This document shows, in pieces, positions 11,817 to 23,800 of a DNA stretch of 64,000 nucleotides. The stretch lies in NCBI RefSeq assembly GCF_032444005.1, contig NC_091285.1, positions 646,350,001 through 646,414,000 of the forward strand. Direction: 5' to 3'. The position numbers and the translations under genes are program-made. This DNA is from Ranitomeya imitator. Taxonomy: Eukaryota. How positions within the stretch are numbered: the stretch's first letter is position 1; every line of letters begins with the position of its first letter. Under the pieces are notes generated by a model. That model saw nothing but the letters and a program-made list of their open reading frames with translations. It had not been told where the DNA came from and searched no databases.

Positions 11817-12598
11817 TGTTATGTTTGCTAATGACAGGTGTTATGAAGGCAATCCAGAAACACAGTGTGCTTAGCGATCAGAGCGCACACAGTGATCTGA
11901 CAAATACCCAAAAATACAAGAACGAGCTCTGAGACGTGGAAACTCTGTAGACTGCACACCTGATCCTATCCTAAACACAACTAAAAGCGGCTGTGGATTG
12001 CGCCTAACAACTACCTAGGCAACTCGGCACAGCCTAAGAAACTAGCTAGCCTGAAGATAGAAAAATAGGCCTGACTTGCCCCAGAGAAATTCCCCAAAGG
12101 AAAAGGCAGCCCCCCACATATAATGACTGTGAGTAAGATGAAAAGACAAAACGTAGGGATGAAATAGATTCAGCAAAGTGGGGCCCGATATTCTAGGACA
12201 GAGCGAGGACAGTAAAGCGAACTTTGCAGTCTACAAAAAACCCTAAAGCAAAACCACGCAAAGGGGGCAAAAAAAACCCACCGTGCCGAACTAACGGCAC
12301 GGCGGTACACCCTTTGCGTCTCAGAGCTTCCAGCAAAACAAAAGACAAGCTGGACAGAAAAAAAGCAACAAAAAAAAGCAAAAAGCACTTAGCTATACAG
12401 AGCAGCAGGTCACAGGAACAATCAGGAGAAGCTCAGATCCAACACTGAAACATTGACAAGGAGCAAGGATAGCAGCATCAGGCGGAGTTAAGTAATGAAG
12501 CAGTTAACGAGCTCACCAGAACACCTGAGGGAGGAAGCTCAGAAGCTGCAGTACCACTTGTGACCACAGGAGTGAATTCAGCCACAGAATTCACAACA
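11817..12598 (-). repeat. Gypsy 5' LTR of copy B (782 bp)
   Basis: Copy of 6835-7616; flanked on the right by Tc1 sequence starting GATGA. Confidence 0.95.
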
Positions 12599-13485
12599 GA
12601 TGAGCAGTGCCTGGTTTTCTCCACACATACCGCTTAGAATTATCACCAACAAGGTCTATCTTCATCTCATCAGACCAGAGAATCTTATTTCTCATAGTCT
12701 GGGAGACCTTCATGTGTTTTTTTTACTAAAGCTCTATGTGGGCTTTCATATGTCTTGCACTGAGGAGAGGCTTCTGTGAGGCCACTCTGCCATAAAGGCC
12801 TGACTTGTGGAGGGCTGCAGTGATAGATGACTTTGTGGGACTTTCTCCCATCTCCCTACTGCATCTCTGGAGCTCAGCCACAGTGATCTTGGGGTTCTTC
12901 TTCACCTCTCACCAAGGCTCTTCTCCCACGATTGCTCAGTTTGGCTGGACGGTCAGGTCTAGGAAGACTTCACGTGGTCCCAAACTTCTTCCATTTAAGG
13001 ATTATGGAGGCCACTGTGCTCATAGGAACCTTGAGTACCGCAAAAATTTTGTTGTAACCATGGCCAGATCTGTGCCTTGCCACAATTCTGTCTCCGAGCT
13101 CCTTGGCCAGTTCCTTTGACCTCATGATTCTCATTTGGTCTGACATGCACTGTAAGCTGTGAGGTCTTATATAGACAGGTGTGCGCCTTTCCAAATCAAG
13201 TCCTATCAGTTTAATTAAACACAGCTGGACTCCAATGAAGGAGTAGAACCATCTCAAGGAGGATCACAAGGAAATGGACGGCATGTGCCTTAAATATGAG
13301 TGTCTGAGCAAAGGATCTGAATACTTATGACCATGCGATATTTCAGTTTTTCTTTTTTATTAAATTTGCAAAAATTTCTACATTTCTGTTTTTTTCTCCA
13401 GTCAAGATGAGGTGCAGAATGTACATTAATGTGAAAAAAATAAACTTTTTTTTTTAATTTACCAAATGGTTGCAATGAAACACTG
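12599..13485 (-). mobile_element. Tc1-family DNA transposon, 5' part, interrupted by the Gypsy array
   Basis: Degenerate transposase N-terminus MRSKELAKELGDRIVARHRSGHGY...IILKWKKFGTT (ORF 12970-13257); ends CACTG|TA at 13481-13487. Confidence 0.8.
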
Positions 13486-13564
13486 TATATTATATAGAGT
13501 CTTTACACACAGAGTGATCTACTTCAAATATTTATTTCTGTTAATGTTGATGATTATGGCTTAC

Positions 13565-13698
13565 AGTTTTCAATGTCTTTTCTAAAATGTGGTTCCCAGA
13601 ACTGGACACAGTATTCCAGATGAAGCCTGACCAGGGAGGAGTAGAGGGAGATAATTACTTCACGTGATCTAGACTCTATGCTTCTCTTAATACATCCT
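13565..13698 (-). mobile_element. Short CR1 LINE fragment
   Basis: CCAGAACTGGACACAGTATTCCAG resembles the reverse complement of the CR1 ORF2 segment at about 24960-24990. Confidence 0.5.
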
Positions 13699-13699
13699 A

Positions 13700-16215
13700 G
13701 GTATAGGGGGCATCAGAGCGCTGCATGTCAGGGACAGGGGGCATCAGAGCGCTGCATGTCAGGGACAGGGGGCATCAGAGCGCTGCATGTCGGACAGGGG
13801 GCATCAGAGCGCTGCATGTCAGGGACAGGGGGCATCAGAGCGCAGCATGTCAGGGACAGGGGGCATCGGAGCGCAGCATGTCAGGGACAGGGGGCATCAG
13901 AGCGCTGCATGTCAGGGACAGAGGGCATCAGAGCGCTGCATGTCAGGGACAGAGGGCATCAGAGCGCAGCATATCAGGGACAGGGAGCATCAGAGCGCTG
14001 CATGTCAGGGACAGGGGGCATCAGAGCGCAGCATGTCAGGGACAGGGAGCATCAGAGCGCTGCATGTCAGAGACAGGGGGCATCGGAGCGCAGCATGTCA
14101 AGGACAGGGGGCATCAGAGCGCTGCATGTCAGGGACAGGGGGCATCAGAGTGCTGCAGGTCAGGGACAGGGGGCATCAGAGCGCTGCATGTCAGGGACAG
14201 AGGGCATCAGAGCGCTGCAGGTCAGGGACAGGGGGCATCAGAGCGCTGCATGTCAGGGACAGAGGGCATCAGAGCGCTGCATGTCAAGGACAGGGGGCAT
14301 CAGAGCGCTGCAGGTCAGGGACGGGGCATCAGAGCGCTGCATGTCAGGGACAGGGGGCATCAGGGCGCTGCATGTCAGGTACAGGGGGCATCAGAGCGCT
14401 GCATGTCAAGGACAGGGGGCATCAGAGCGCTGCAGGTCAGGGACGGGGCATCAGAGCGCTGCATGTCAGGGACAGGGGGCATCAGGGCGCTGCATGTCAG
14501 GTACAGGGGGCATCAGAGCGCTGCATGTCAAGGACAGGGGGCATCAGAGCGCTGCATGTCAGGGACAGGGGGCATCAGAGCGCTGCATGTCAGGGACAGG
14601 GGGCATCAGAGCGCTGCATGTCAGGGACAGGGAGCATCAGAGCGCTGCATGTCAAGGACAGGGGGCATCAGAGCGCTGCAGGTCAGGGACGGGGCATCAG
14701 AGCGCTGTATGTCAGGGACAGGGGGCATCAGAGCGCAGCATGTCAGGGACAGGGAGCATCAGAGCGCTGCATGTCAGGGACAGGGGGCATCAGAGCGCTG
14801 TATGTCAGGGACAGGGGGCATCAGAGCGCTGCATGTCAGGGACAGGGGGCATCAGAGCGCTGCATGTCAGGTACAGGGGGCATCAGAGCGCTGCATGTCA
14901 AGGACAGGGGGCATCAGAGCGCTGCAGGTCAGGGACGGGGCATCAGAGCGCTGTATGTCAGGGACAGGGGGCATCAGAGCGCAGCATGTCAGGGACAGGG
15001 AGCATCAGAGCGCTGCATGTCAGGGACAGGGGGCATCAGAGCGCTGTATGTCAGGGACAGGGGGCATCAGAGCGCTGCATGTCAGGGACAGGGGGCATCA
15101 GAGCGCTGCATGTCAGGTACAGGGGGCATCAGAGCGCTGCATGTCAAGGACAGGGGGCATCAGAGCGCTGCAGGTCAGGGACGGGGCATCAGAGCGCTGT
15201 ATGTCAGGGACAGGGGGCATCAGAGCGCAGCATGTCAGGGACAGGGGGCATCAGAGCGCAGCATGTCAGGGACAGGGGGCATCAGAGCGCTGCATGTCAG
15301 GGACAGGGGGCATCGGAGCGCAGCATGTCAGGGACAGGGGGCATCAGAGTGCAGCATGTCAGGGACAGGGGGCATCAGAGTGCAGCATGTCAGGGACAGG
15401 GGGCATCAGAGCGCTGCATGTCAGGGACAGGGGGCATCAGAGCGCTGCATGTCAGGGACAGGGGGCATCAGAGTGCAGCATGTCAGGGACAGGGGGCATC
15501 AGAGCGCAGCATGTCAGGGACAGGGGGCATCAGAGCGCTGCATGTCAGGGACAGGGGGCATCGGAGCGCAGCATGTCAGGGACAGGGGGCATCAGAGTGC
15601 AGCATGTCAGGGACAGGGAGCATCAGAGCGCTGCATGTCAGGGACAGGGGGCATCAGAGCGCTGTATGTCAGGGACAGGGGGCATCAGAGCGCTGTATGT
15701 CAGGGACAGGGGGCATCAGAGCGCTGCATGTCAGGGACAGGGAGCATCAGAGCGCTGCATGTCAGGGACAGGGGGCATCAGAGTGCAGCATGTCAGGGAC
15801 AGGGGGCATCAGAGCGCTGCATGTCAGGGACAGGGGGCATCAGAGCGCTGCAGGTCAGGGACAGGGAGCATCAGAGCGCTGCATGTCAGGGACAGGGGGC
15901 ATCAGAGCGCTGCAGGTCAGGGACAGGGGGCATCAGAGCGCTGCATGTCAGGGACAGGGGGCATCAGAGTGCAGCATGTCAGGGACAGGGGGCATCAGAG
16001 CGCTGCATGTCAGGGACAGGGGGCATCAGAGCGCTGCATGTCAGGGACAGGGGGCATCAGAGCGCTGCATGTCAGGGACAGGGGGCATCAGAGCGCTGCA
16101 TGTCAGGGACAGGGGGCATCAGAGCGCAGCATGTCAGGGACAGGGGGCATCAGAGCGCTGCATGTCAGGGACAGGGGGCATCAGAGCGCTGCAGGTCAGG
16201 GACAGGGGGCATCAG
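13700..16215. repeat. 31-bp minisatellite, about 81 copies (GGGGGCATCAGAGCGCTGCATGTCAGGGACA)
   Basis: Period 31 read directly (13741, 13772); explains three 800+ aa repetitive ORFs. Confidence 0.97.
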
Positions 16216-16424
16216 ATCAGAGGACCAGGGATTTGTTATTACTTGATTCCAGGATTTAGAGGACGAAACCAATAAACCTCGGACATGATGCGGGTCATTA
16301 CCCCCCAGCAGACACTATCTAATCTATGTCCCAGAACGTCCCCTGTGCAGTGGTACAGTCCGAGCTGCCACTGATCGATCTGCCAGCGCCAACCGACAGT
16401 CTATCAATCAGTAACCCACGATGC

Positions 16425-16673
16425 GTCTCCATGGCGACTCTGCAGTAGGCGTTAACAGACACGCCCACTACTCCTCCTGATTGGCTAAACTTTGTTTTCT
16501 TCCAAGTTTTGAGTCGCTTCTGCCACACAGACCGGAAGCGGAAGTGCAGAGAGTCCCGGAGCGGCTGACGGCGAGGAGGATGGTGTCCTGGATTATCTCC
16601 CGGACGGTGGTGTGAGTATCCCCCGCTCTCATCAGTATACACCTAGACAGGCTTTGGAACTACAAGTCCCAGC
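16425..16673 (+). promoter_or_regulatory. REEP4 promoter / first-exon CpG region
   Basis: RFX X-box-like GTCTCCATGGCGAC 16425-16438, reverse CCAAT 16480-16484, tandem ETS ACCGGAAGCGGAAGTG 16531-16546, ZNF143-type ACTACAAGTCCCAGC 16659-16673. Motif matches only. Confidence 0.65.
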
Positions 16674-17800
16674 GCTCTTTGACCTGTAAGGCCTCTTTCA
16701 CACTTCAGTCTTTTGGCGTCAGTCACTACCGACATAGTGACGGATTGACGGATCCGTCACAATTGTTGCGAAAACGGTTCTAACGGATCCGTTTTTTTGA
16801 CGGATCCGTTACTTGGGGGTTGTCTGGGAGAAGTATCTACTTTTTGGAGCATGCGCAATTGAAAAAACGGATTGGGGCGACGGATCCGCCGAAAAAACGG
16901 TTGCGGCGGATCCGTCACCCATAGGCGCCCATTCTATGGAATGGCGGACGCGACGGATCCGTCGCGATCCGCCATTTCGGCGTTGACAAAAAACGTTCCA
17001 ATGTCCGTCTATTTTCAGAAAACGTCCGCCAAATGTCGACGGATCCGTCGCATGGCGGATGGAACGGACGACCATCCGTCACAATCCGTCACTAATGCAA
17101 GTCTATGGGAAAATAACGGATCCGTCAAAAAAAATGACGGATCCGTTATTTGAGGAAAATGGCGGTTTTAGACTGACGCCAAATAACTGAAGTGTGAAAG
17201 AGGCCTAAGCCTGTCACAGGGGCTGGCACCCAGCTTTCCTGCTCTCCTGAATGGCAGTTGTGCCTGTTATGTGGGCAGATACAGTATTCTGGGAGCTGTG
17301 GAAGCTGAGTCTCCCCCCTCCTCATACAGGGAGATGGTACCTAAGGGTTAATCCCCCCCCCTCTTGTCTGTTTAATGCTGGGACCCCCATCTATGGGGCA
17401 TTGTAGGGTCTGGACCCCTTCCCATGTGTCCTGTCAGTGGTCACTGAGGCCGCAGTACCTGACTTGGACACTATAAAGGTATGGCGCTGTGCCTTGTAAA
17501 TAGTGATGGGGCACAGACCCCCCTAGGCAGCTCCAGCCGGCGGATCGGTGGCATTGTCACCTTAGTTATGTAGGGGGCTGGGTTTTCTTACACCGTCGTG
17601 TCACATGATGCTTCTCGGCCAATCAGTAGAGATGCTGCCGGATCATGTGATACCTGTTGTGGCGGGACAGGGCGATGCTTAGTAGAGGGGGCCGCCATCA
17701 TTACCCTATAAAGGCGTCACACATATCGCTATGGCAGACTATTAGGGTAAGTTCACACAGGACTTTTTTGCTGCGTTTTTTTAATGCTAATTTATGTGCG

Positions 17801-17831
<31 letters not shown>

Positions 17832-20800
17832 CTAATGTCCTTGGATTTTCAGCAGCAAAAAACGCATCCAATAATGATACCTGCGTTTTTGCTGCGTTTT
17901 TCTTTTTCAACAACCATTCAAGTCAATGGGTGAAACAAATGCAGCAAAAACGCTGAAAGAAGTGACAAGCTCTATGTCAAAAAAACGCAACAAAATACTG
18001 ATCAAACAAAAAACCAATGTGTGTGCATGAGATTTCTGAAATCTCATAGGCTTTGCTGGTGCTGTAAAAAGCAGCTGAAAAGTAGCATAAAAAAAGCAGC
18101 AAAAAGTCCTGTGTGAACATAGCCTTACAGTGAGGACGGTTATTGTTACATTATTTTCCACCTTTGTTAGAGAAGGAGCTATAATGTATCGGGGTCTGGG
18201 GAAGATGCATTGAGGGTCTTTCTTGCCCCCTGACAATGAGCGCCGTGCCGGGTGCTGCCGCTCATCCTCCTCTGCAATCCCCGGCACCTAAATATAGGTT
18301 TTCCCTGAAAATCCCTTTAACTAAAAGGCTGAGGACGGCAGCGGCTTATATAAAGCACCATAAGTGCTCCTAATGGGCGAGGGTCCGCAGGCTGCTCACA
18401 CTGGGGTCATACACGTGGGACCCGATCACTCGGCAGGTGACATGCCAGGGATCCATGGTGATGAGCAGGGCTGCGTGTCTTTGGGTGTGCCCGTAACGTG
18501 CCGCTGCCTGTCAGCCGGTCACATGGCAGCTGCCACATTACCCAGAAGGCGTCACTTTTACTCCTTTAGTGTTATTAGCCTTCGCTTTACTTGTATAATT
18601 ACTCTTTATTTGCTCCTTAAAGGGGAAGTCCGGCTCACATTGTTGATTTCTTGCGCCCCTTCTAGTTAGTGATGCAGCGATGTTTGCCATTTTGGATGGC
18701 TGAGGTTAGAACTAGAAATCCCCGATCCCCCTTTTCTGCGGTGTGACTTGCGCCCCCAATGGTGGGGTGCAGATGTGTCACCTGGCACTTTTCTACAGAG
18801 ACCTGCCTTTGGGTTAACATCTGTTATTTTTTGTCCATCCAGATTATCTAGTCCACGGCCAGTTTAAAGGCCTATTCACACTACCACATAGGGGCTGTAT
18901 TTTACTGCCTGTGTTACGGCCACAAGTGGTGTTGACCTTAAAGGGTTTTCCCAGGACTTTAACAGTGAGGACATATATTCAGAAGCATGGGGGTCTGAGC
19001 AGACCCCGCTACCGATCAGCTGATTGAGGCGGCATAGTGCCAGACAAGGTGTAGTGGCTATGAGTGGTACTGCAGCCTTGTGTGGGCTCACTATTCCAAT
19101 TTTCTGAAAACACAGTGATTTCTACCCCCTCCCCACCATGGACACAGCCTTAGCCTTTTCTATGTAACTTTCCGTCTTTCCCATCATACATGCATGTAAA
19201 TGAGGGTCCGGGGGTGCAGACTGCAGGGGGCACTGGTCTCCGGGCCGTGTAGGCAGCTGCCAGGCTGGTACAGTATGACTAATGTTGGCACGGGATTAGC
19301 CTCTGTTGTGTAGCGTTGTCCCGGGCGTGTGCGGCAGCTTGTAAATTCTCCCTGTGTCCTCTGTATACAGGACGGGGGCTGTGTCGGCCCCTCCTCGGGG
19401 CGATGCTTGGCGTTGTGGGTGGCACATGTAAGACGTCTTTTTACTTCTCCCCTTAGGCTTGTCTTTGGGCTGCTGTATCCCGCCTACTCATCATACAAAG
19501 CTGTGAAAACCAAGAATGTCCGAGAATACGTGAGTATCCGTAAAACAAAAGGCTGAGACATGGAGCCGTGCAATTTTTTTTTTTTTTCCAAAGCCAATAA
19601 CTTTTTTTTTTTTTAATTATTTATTTTTTTCCGTCGACAGCCATATGAGGGCTTGTTTTATGTTAAATTTTGAATTACACCTTTATAGTTGTCCACTACT
19701 TGCACATCTTCTCACACCCCTCGCTTGGCCTTGATGAAATAATAAAGCTTTTACTCCCTCCCATGTTGGGCTGTTCCCACAATGTTGTCACCTGCTCTCC
19801 CATTCCGTATTGTGATGCCGGAGCCCAATCAGCACTGGCGTCACTGTCTCCATCTTCGTACATATTGAACATGAAGAGAGTCTGGAATCAGCTGCATTGT
19901 GGACTTCCTCTTCATTCCGCATACTTCCATAACTGCACCGCACTGCCCAGCACATTGCAAATGGCCGACATTCACCTTCTTGTCTTCTCAGGTGCGATGG
20001 ATGATGTACTGGATCGTCTTCGCCCTCTTCATGACAGTGGAAACCTTCACAGACATTTTCCTCTCCTGGTAAGGGCTCTAAACTTTTATAGAGACTCTCC
20101 ATCTTGGAGACATATTACTGAATTCCATGACTTTAGTCTGGAACCTATGAGGAGTCCTCCGTACATCCAAAATTATTTATTAGGTCCCTGCTAATTTGGT
20201 GGTCCAAGAGGGTCTGCATACTAATGGGGCTTGAGCTACAGCTGCCTGTTCAGGTCCCAAACAGCGATTGTCAAGATTTGGTAGGGAACCTGTAACTATG
20301 CAGAGCGGCCAAAAGACACGCCCCCAGAGGATCCTGTGAGCCACGCCCCCAGAGGATCCTGTGAGCCACGCCCCCAGAGGATCCTGTGAGCCACGCCCCC
20401 AGAGGATCCTGTGAGCCACGCCCCCAGAGGATCCTGTGAGCCACGCCCCCAGAGGATCCTGTGAGCCACGCCCCCAGAGGATCCTGTGAGCCACGCCCCC
20501 AGAGGATCCTGTGAGCCACGCCCCCAGAGGATCCTGTGAGCCACGCCCCCAGAGGATCCTGTGAGCCACGCCCCCAGAGGATCCTGTGAGCCACGCCCCC
20601 AGAGGATCCTGTGAGCCACGCCCCCAGAGGATCCTGTGAGCCACGCCCCCAGAGGATCCTGTGAGCCACGCCCCCAGAGGATCCTGTGAGCCACGCCCCC
20701 AGAGGATCCTGTGAGCCACGCCCCCAGAGGATCCTGTGAGCCACGCCCCCAGAGGATCCTGTGAGCCACGCCCCCAGAGGATCCTGTGAGCCACGCCCCC

Positions 20801-23800
20801 AGAGGATCCTGTGAGCCACGCCCCCAGAGGATCCTGTGAGCCACGCCCCCAGAGGATCCTGTGAGCCACGCCCCCAGAGGATCCTGTGAGCCACGCCCCC
20901 AGAGGATCCTGTGAGCCACGCCCCCAGAGGATCCTGTGAGCCACGCCCCCAGAGGATCCTGTGAGCCACGCCCCCAGAGGATCCTGTGAGCCACGCCCCC
21001 AGAGGATCCTGTGAGCCACGCCCCCTTGTAAAGACAAAAATTAGCACTTAATAAAAAGGCCCATATCTCTGCCACATATTGTGGGTTTAAGAACAAACAA
21101 ACTGATTACTTGGAGAAGCATTGAGATTAGAAGTGTAAAAACCTGATCACTTTTGACTTGGTGACAACCGCTCTGTAAAGGGATTGTTGTGTGTTTTTTG
21201 TTTTTTTTTTTTTACAAAATATTGGCGTATGACCAGTTGATGATGACCTTGTCATACGTTATCTGCTGGTCTTCATTTTTAAATAAAGCATAGGAAATAC
21301 TGTGATTAAAGGGGTTGTATCGCTTATCCACTGGGTTGGTGAGAGTTGTATGATTGCCCCATTGACCACTGGGAGCCCCTCTGATTATGAGACTTATAGT
21401 CCCATGTGTGAGCAGTAGCGAGGATGTGCAACCACTGCTCCAGTCATACCCTATAGGAATGGTGGTCAGACATTGCCCCCAGCTGTGCTCTGCATCAGTG
21501 TGGGTCCCAGCAGGGGGCAACATCAGCGATTTACACTTTTTAACAGGGTTCTCCATTCTCGGAAGAAGAGTGACTGCAGACTGCTAAATTGTGAGAGTGC
21601 AATGTGCAGACTGTCATGATCCTGAGTGCAGGAGGCTGGGTGGTCATGTGCCAACTAGTCTCCTGCACTCAAGACTAGTCGGCACGTGACCGGACACGAT
21701 TACACCGTCTGCGGTCACACTGTGCCTGCAGGCTCTTCTGCTGAGACCAGATAATCCCTATAACTGAACATCCCCCGCTGTTCTTGTTTTGCTCTTTTCA
21801 CTCATTCTTGCTTTTTTTTTTTTCCTGGACAGGTTTCCATTTTACTATGAGATTAAGATGGCCTTTGTGGTGTGGCTGCTGTCCCCGTACACACGAGGCG
21901 CCAGCCTACTGTACAGGAAGTGTGTGCATCCTGTGCTGTCCCTGCGGGAAAAGGTACCGATTACTGTATGTGTGTCTCCATTCCTGTGTGTGCTGCGTAC
22001 AGAGATAAGGAGCAGTCGTCCTATGCAGGATCCATACAGGACGGGGGTCTTGTCTCTGATAATCCCTGATGTATAGAGGGGCTGGGATAGCAGTGAGGAG
22101 CAAGCATCGCTCCGCCGTCACTGCTCATTACTGCTCCGCCATCACTGCTCCCACACGGTGGAGGGGGGAGCGCTGGTTACACGGTGGAGGGGGGAGCGCT
22201 GGTTACACGGTGGAGGGGGGAGCGCTGGTTACACGGTGGAGGGGGGAGCGCTGGTTACACGGTGGAGGGGGGAGCGCTGGTTACACGGTGGAGGGGGGAG
22301 CGCTGGTTACACGGTGGAGGGGGGAGCGCTGGTTACACGGTGGAGGGGGGAGCGCTGGTTACACGGTGGAGGGGGGAGCGCTGGTTACACGGTGGAGGGG
22401 GGAGCGCTGGTTACACGGTGGAGGGGGGAGCGCTGGTTACACGGTGGAGGGGGGAGCGCTGGTTACACGGTGGAGGGGGGAGCGCTGGTTACACGGTGGA
22501 GGGGGGAGCCCTGGTTACACGGTGGAGGGGGGAGCCCTGGTTACACGGTGGAGGGGGGAGCGCTGGTTACACGGTGGAGGGGGGAGCGCTGGTTACACGG
22601 TGGAGGGGGGAGCGCTGGTTACACGGTGGAGGGGGGAGCGCTGGTTACACGGTGGAGGGGGGAGCGCTGGTTACACGGTGGAGGGGGGAGCGCTGGTTAC
22701 ACGGTGGAGGGGGAGCGCTGGTTACACGGTGGAGGGGGGAGCGCTGGTTACACGGTGGAGGGGGGAGCGCTGGTTACACGGTGGAGGGGGGAGCCCTGGT
22801 TACACGGTGGAGGGGGGAGCCCTGGTTACACGGTGGAGGGGGGAGCGCTGGTTACACGGTGGAGGGGGGAGCGCTGGTTACACGGTGGAGGGGGGAGCGC
22901 TGGTTACACGGTGGAGGGGGGAGCGCTGGTTACACGGTGGAGGGGGGAGCCCTGGTTACACGGTGGAGGGGGGAGCCCTGGTTACACGGTGGAGGGGGGA
23001 GCCCTGGTTACACGGTGGAGGGGGGAGCGCTGGTTACACGGTGGAGGGGGGAGCGCTGGTTACACGGTGGAGGGGGGAGCGCTGGTTACACGGTGGAGGG
23101 GGGAGCGCTGGTTACACGGTGGAGGGGGGAGCGCTGGTTACACGGTGGAGGGGGGAGCGCTGGTTACACGGTGGAGGGGGAGCGCTGGTTACACGGTGGA
23201 GGGGGAGCGCTGGTTACACGGTGGAGGGGGGAGCGCTGGTTACACGGTGGAGGGGGGAGCGCTGGTTACACGGTGGAGGGGGGAGCGCTGGTTACACGGT
23301 GGAGGGGGGAGCGCTGGTTACACGGTGGAGGGGGAGCGCTGGTTACACGGTGGAGGGGGGAGCGCTGGTTACACGGTGGAGGGGGGAGCGCTGGTTACAC
23401 GGTGGAGGGGGAGCGCTGGTTACACGGTGGAGGGGGAGCGCTGGTTACACGGTGGAGGGGGAGCGCTGGTTACACGGTGGAGGGGGGAGCGCTGGTTACA
23501 CGGTGGAGGGGGGAGCCCTGGTTACACGGTGGAGGGGGGAGCCCTGGTTACACGGTGGAGGGGGGAGCCCTGGTTACACGGTGGAGGGGGGAGCCCTGGT
23601 TACACGGTGGAGGGGGGAGCCCTGGTTACACGGTGGAGGGGGGAGCCCTGGTTACACGGTGGAGGGGGGAGCCCTGGTTACACGGTGGAGGGGGGAGCGC
23701 TGGTTACACGGTGGAGGGGGGAGCGCTGGTTACACGGTGGAGGGGGGAGCGCTGGTTACACGGTGGAGGGGGGAGCGCTGGTTACACGGTGGAGGGGGGA

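Larger units (their letters stand above)
6835..12598 (-). mobile_element. Full-length chromodomain Ty3/Gypsy LTR retrotransposon (Tf1/sushi group), copy B
   Basis: Two 782-bp LTRs, 4200-bp internal region, single intact gag-pol ORF, PPT. Confidence 0.95.

Noticed and set aside
3869-12448. Many short duplicated ORFs, for example the 212-aa ORFs at 5625 and 10607
   Set aside because: Shadow frames of gag-pol and the LTR; they are duplicated only because the element is.
13678-16275. Three 800+ aa repetitive ORFs
   Set aside because: Product of a stop-poor 31-bp unit cycling through all frames; no splice or family support.
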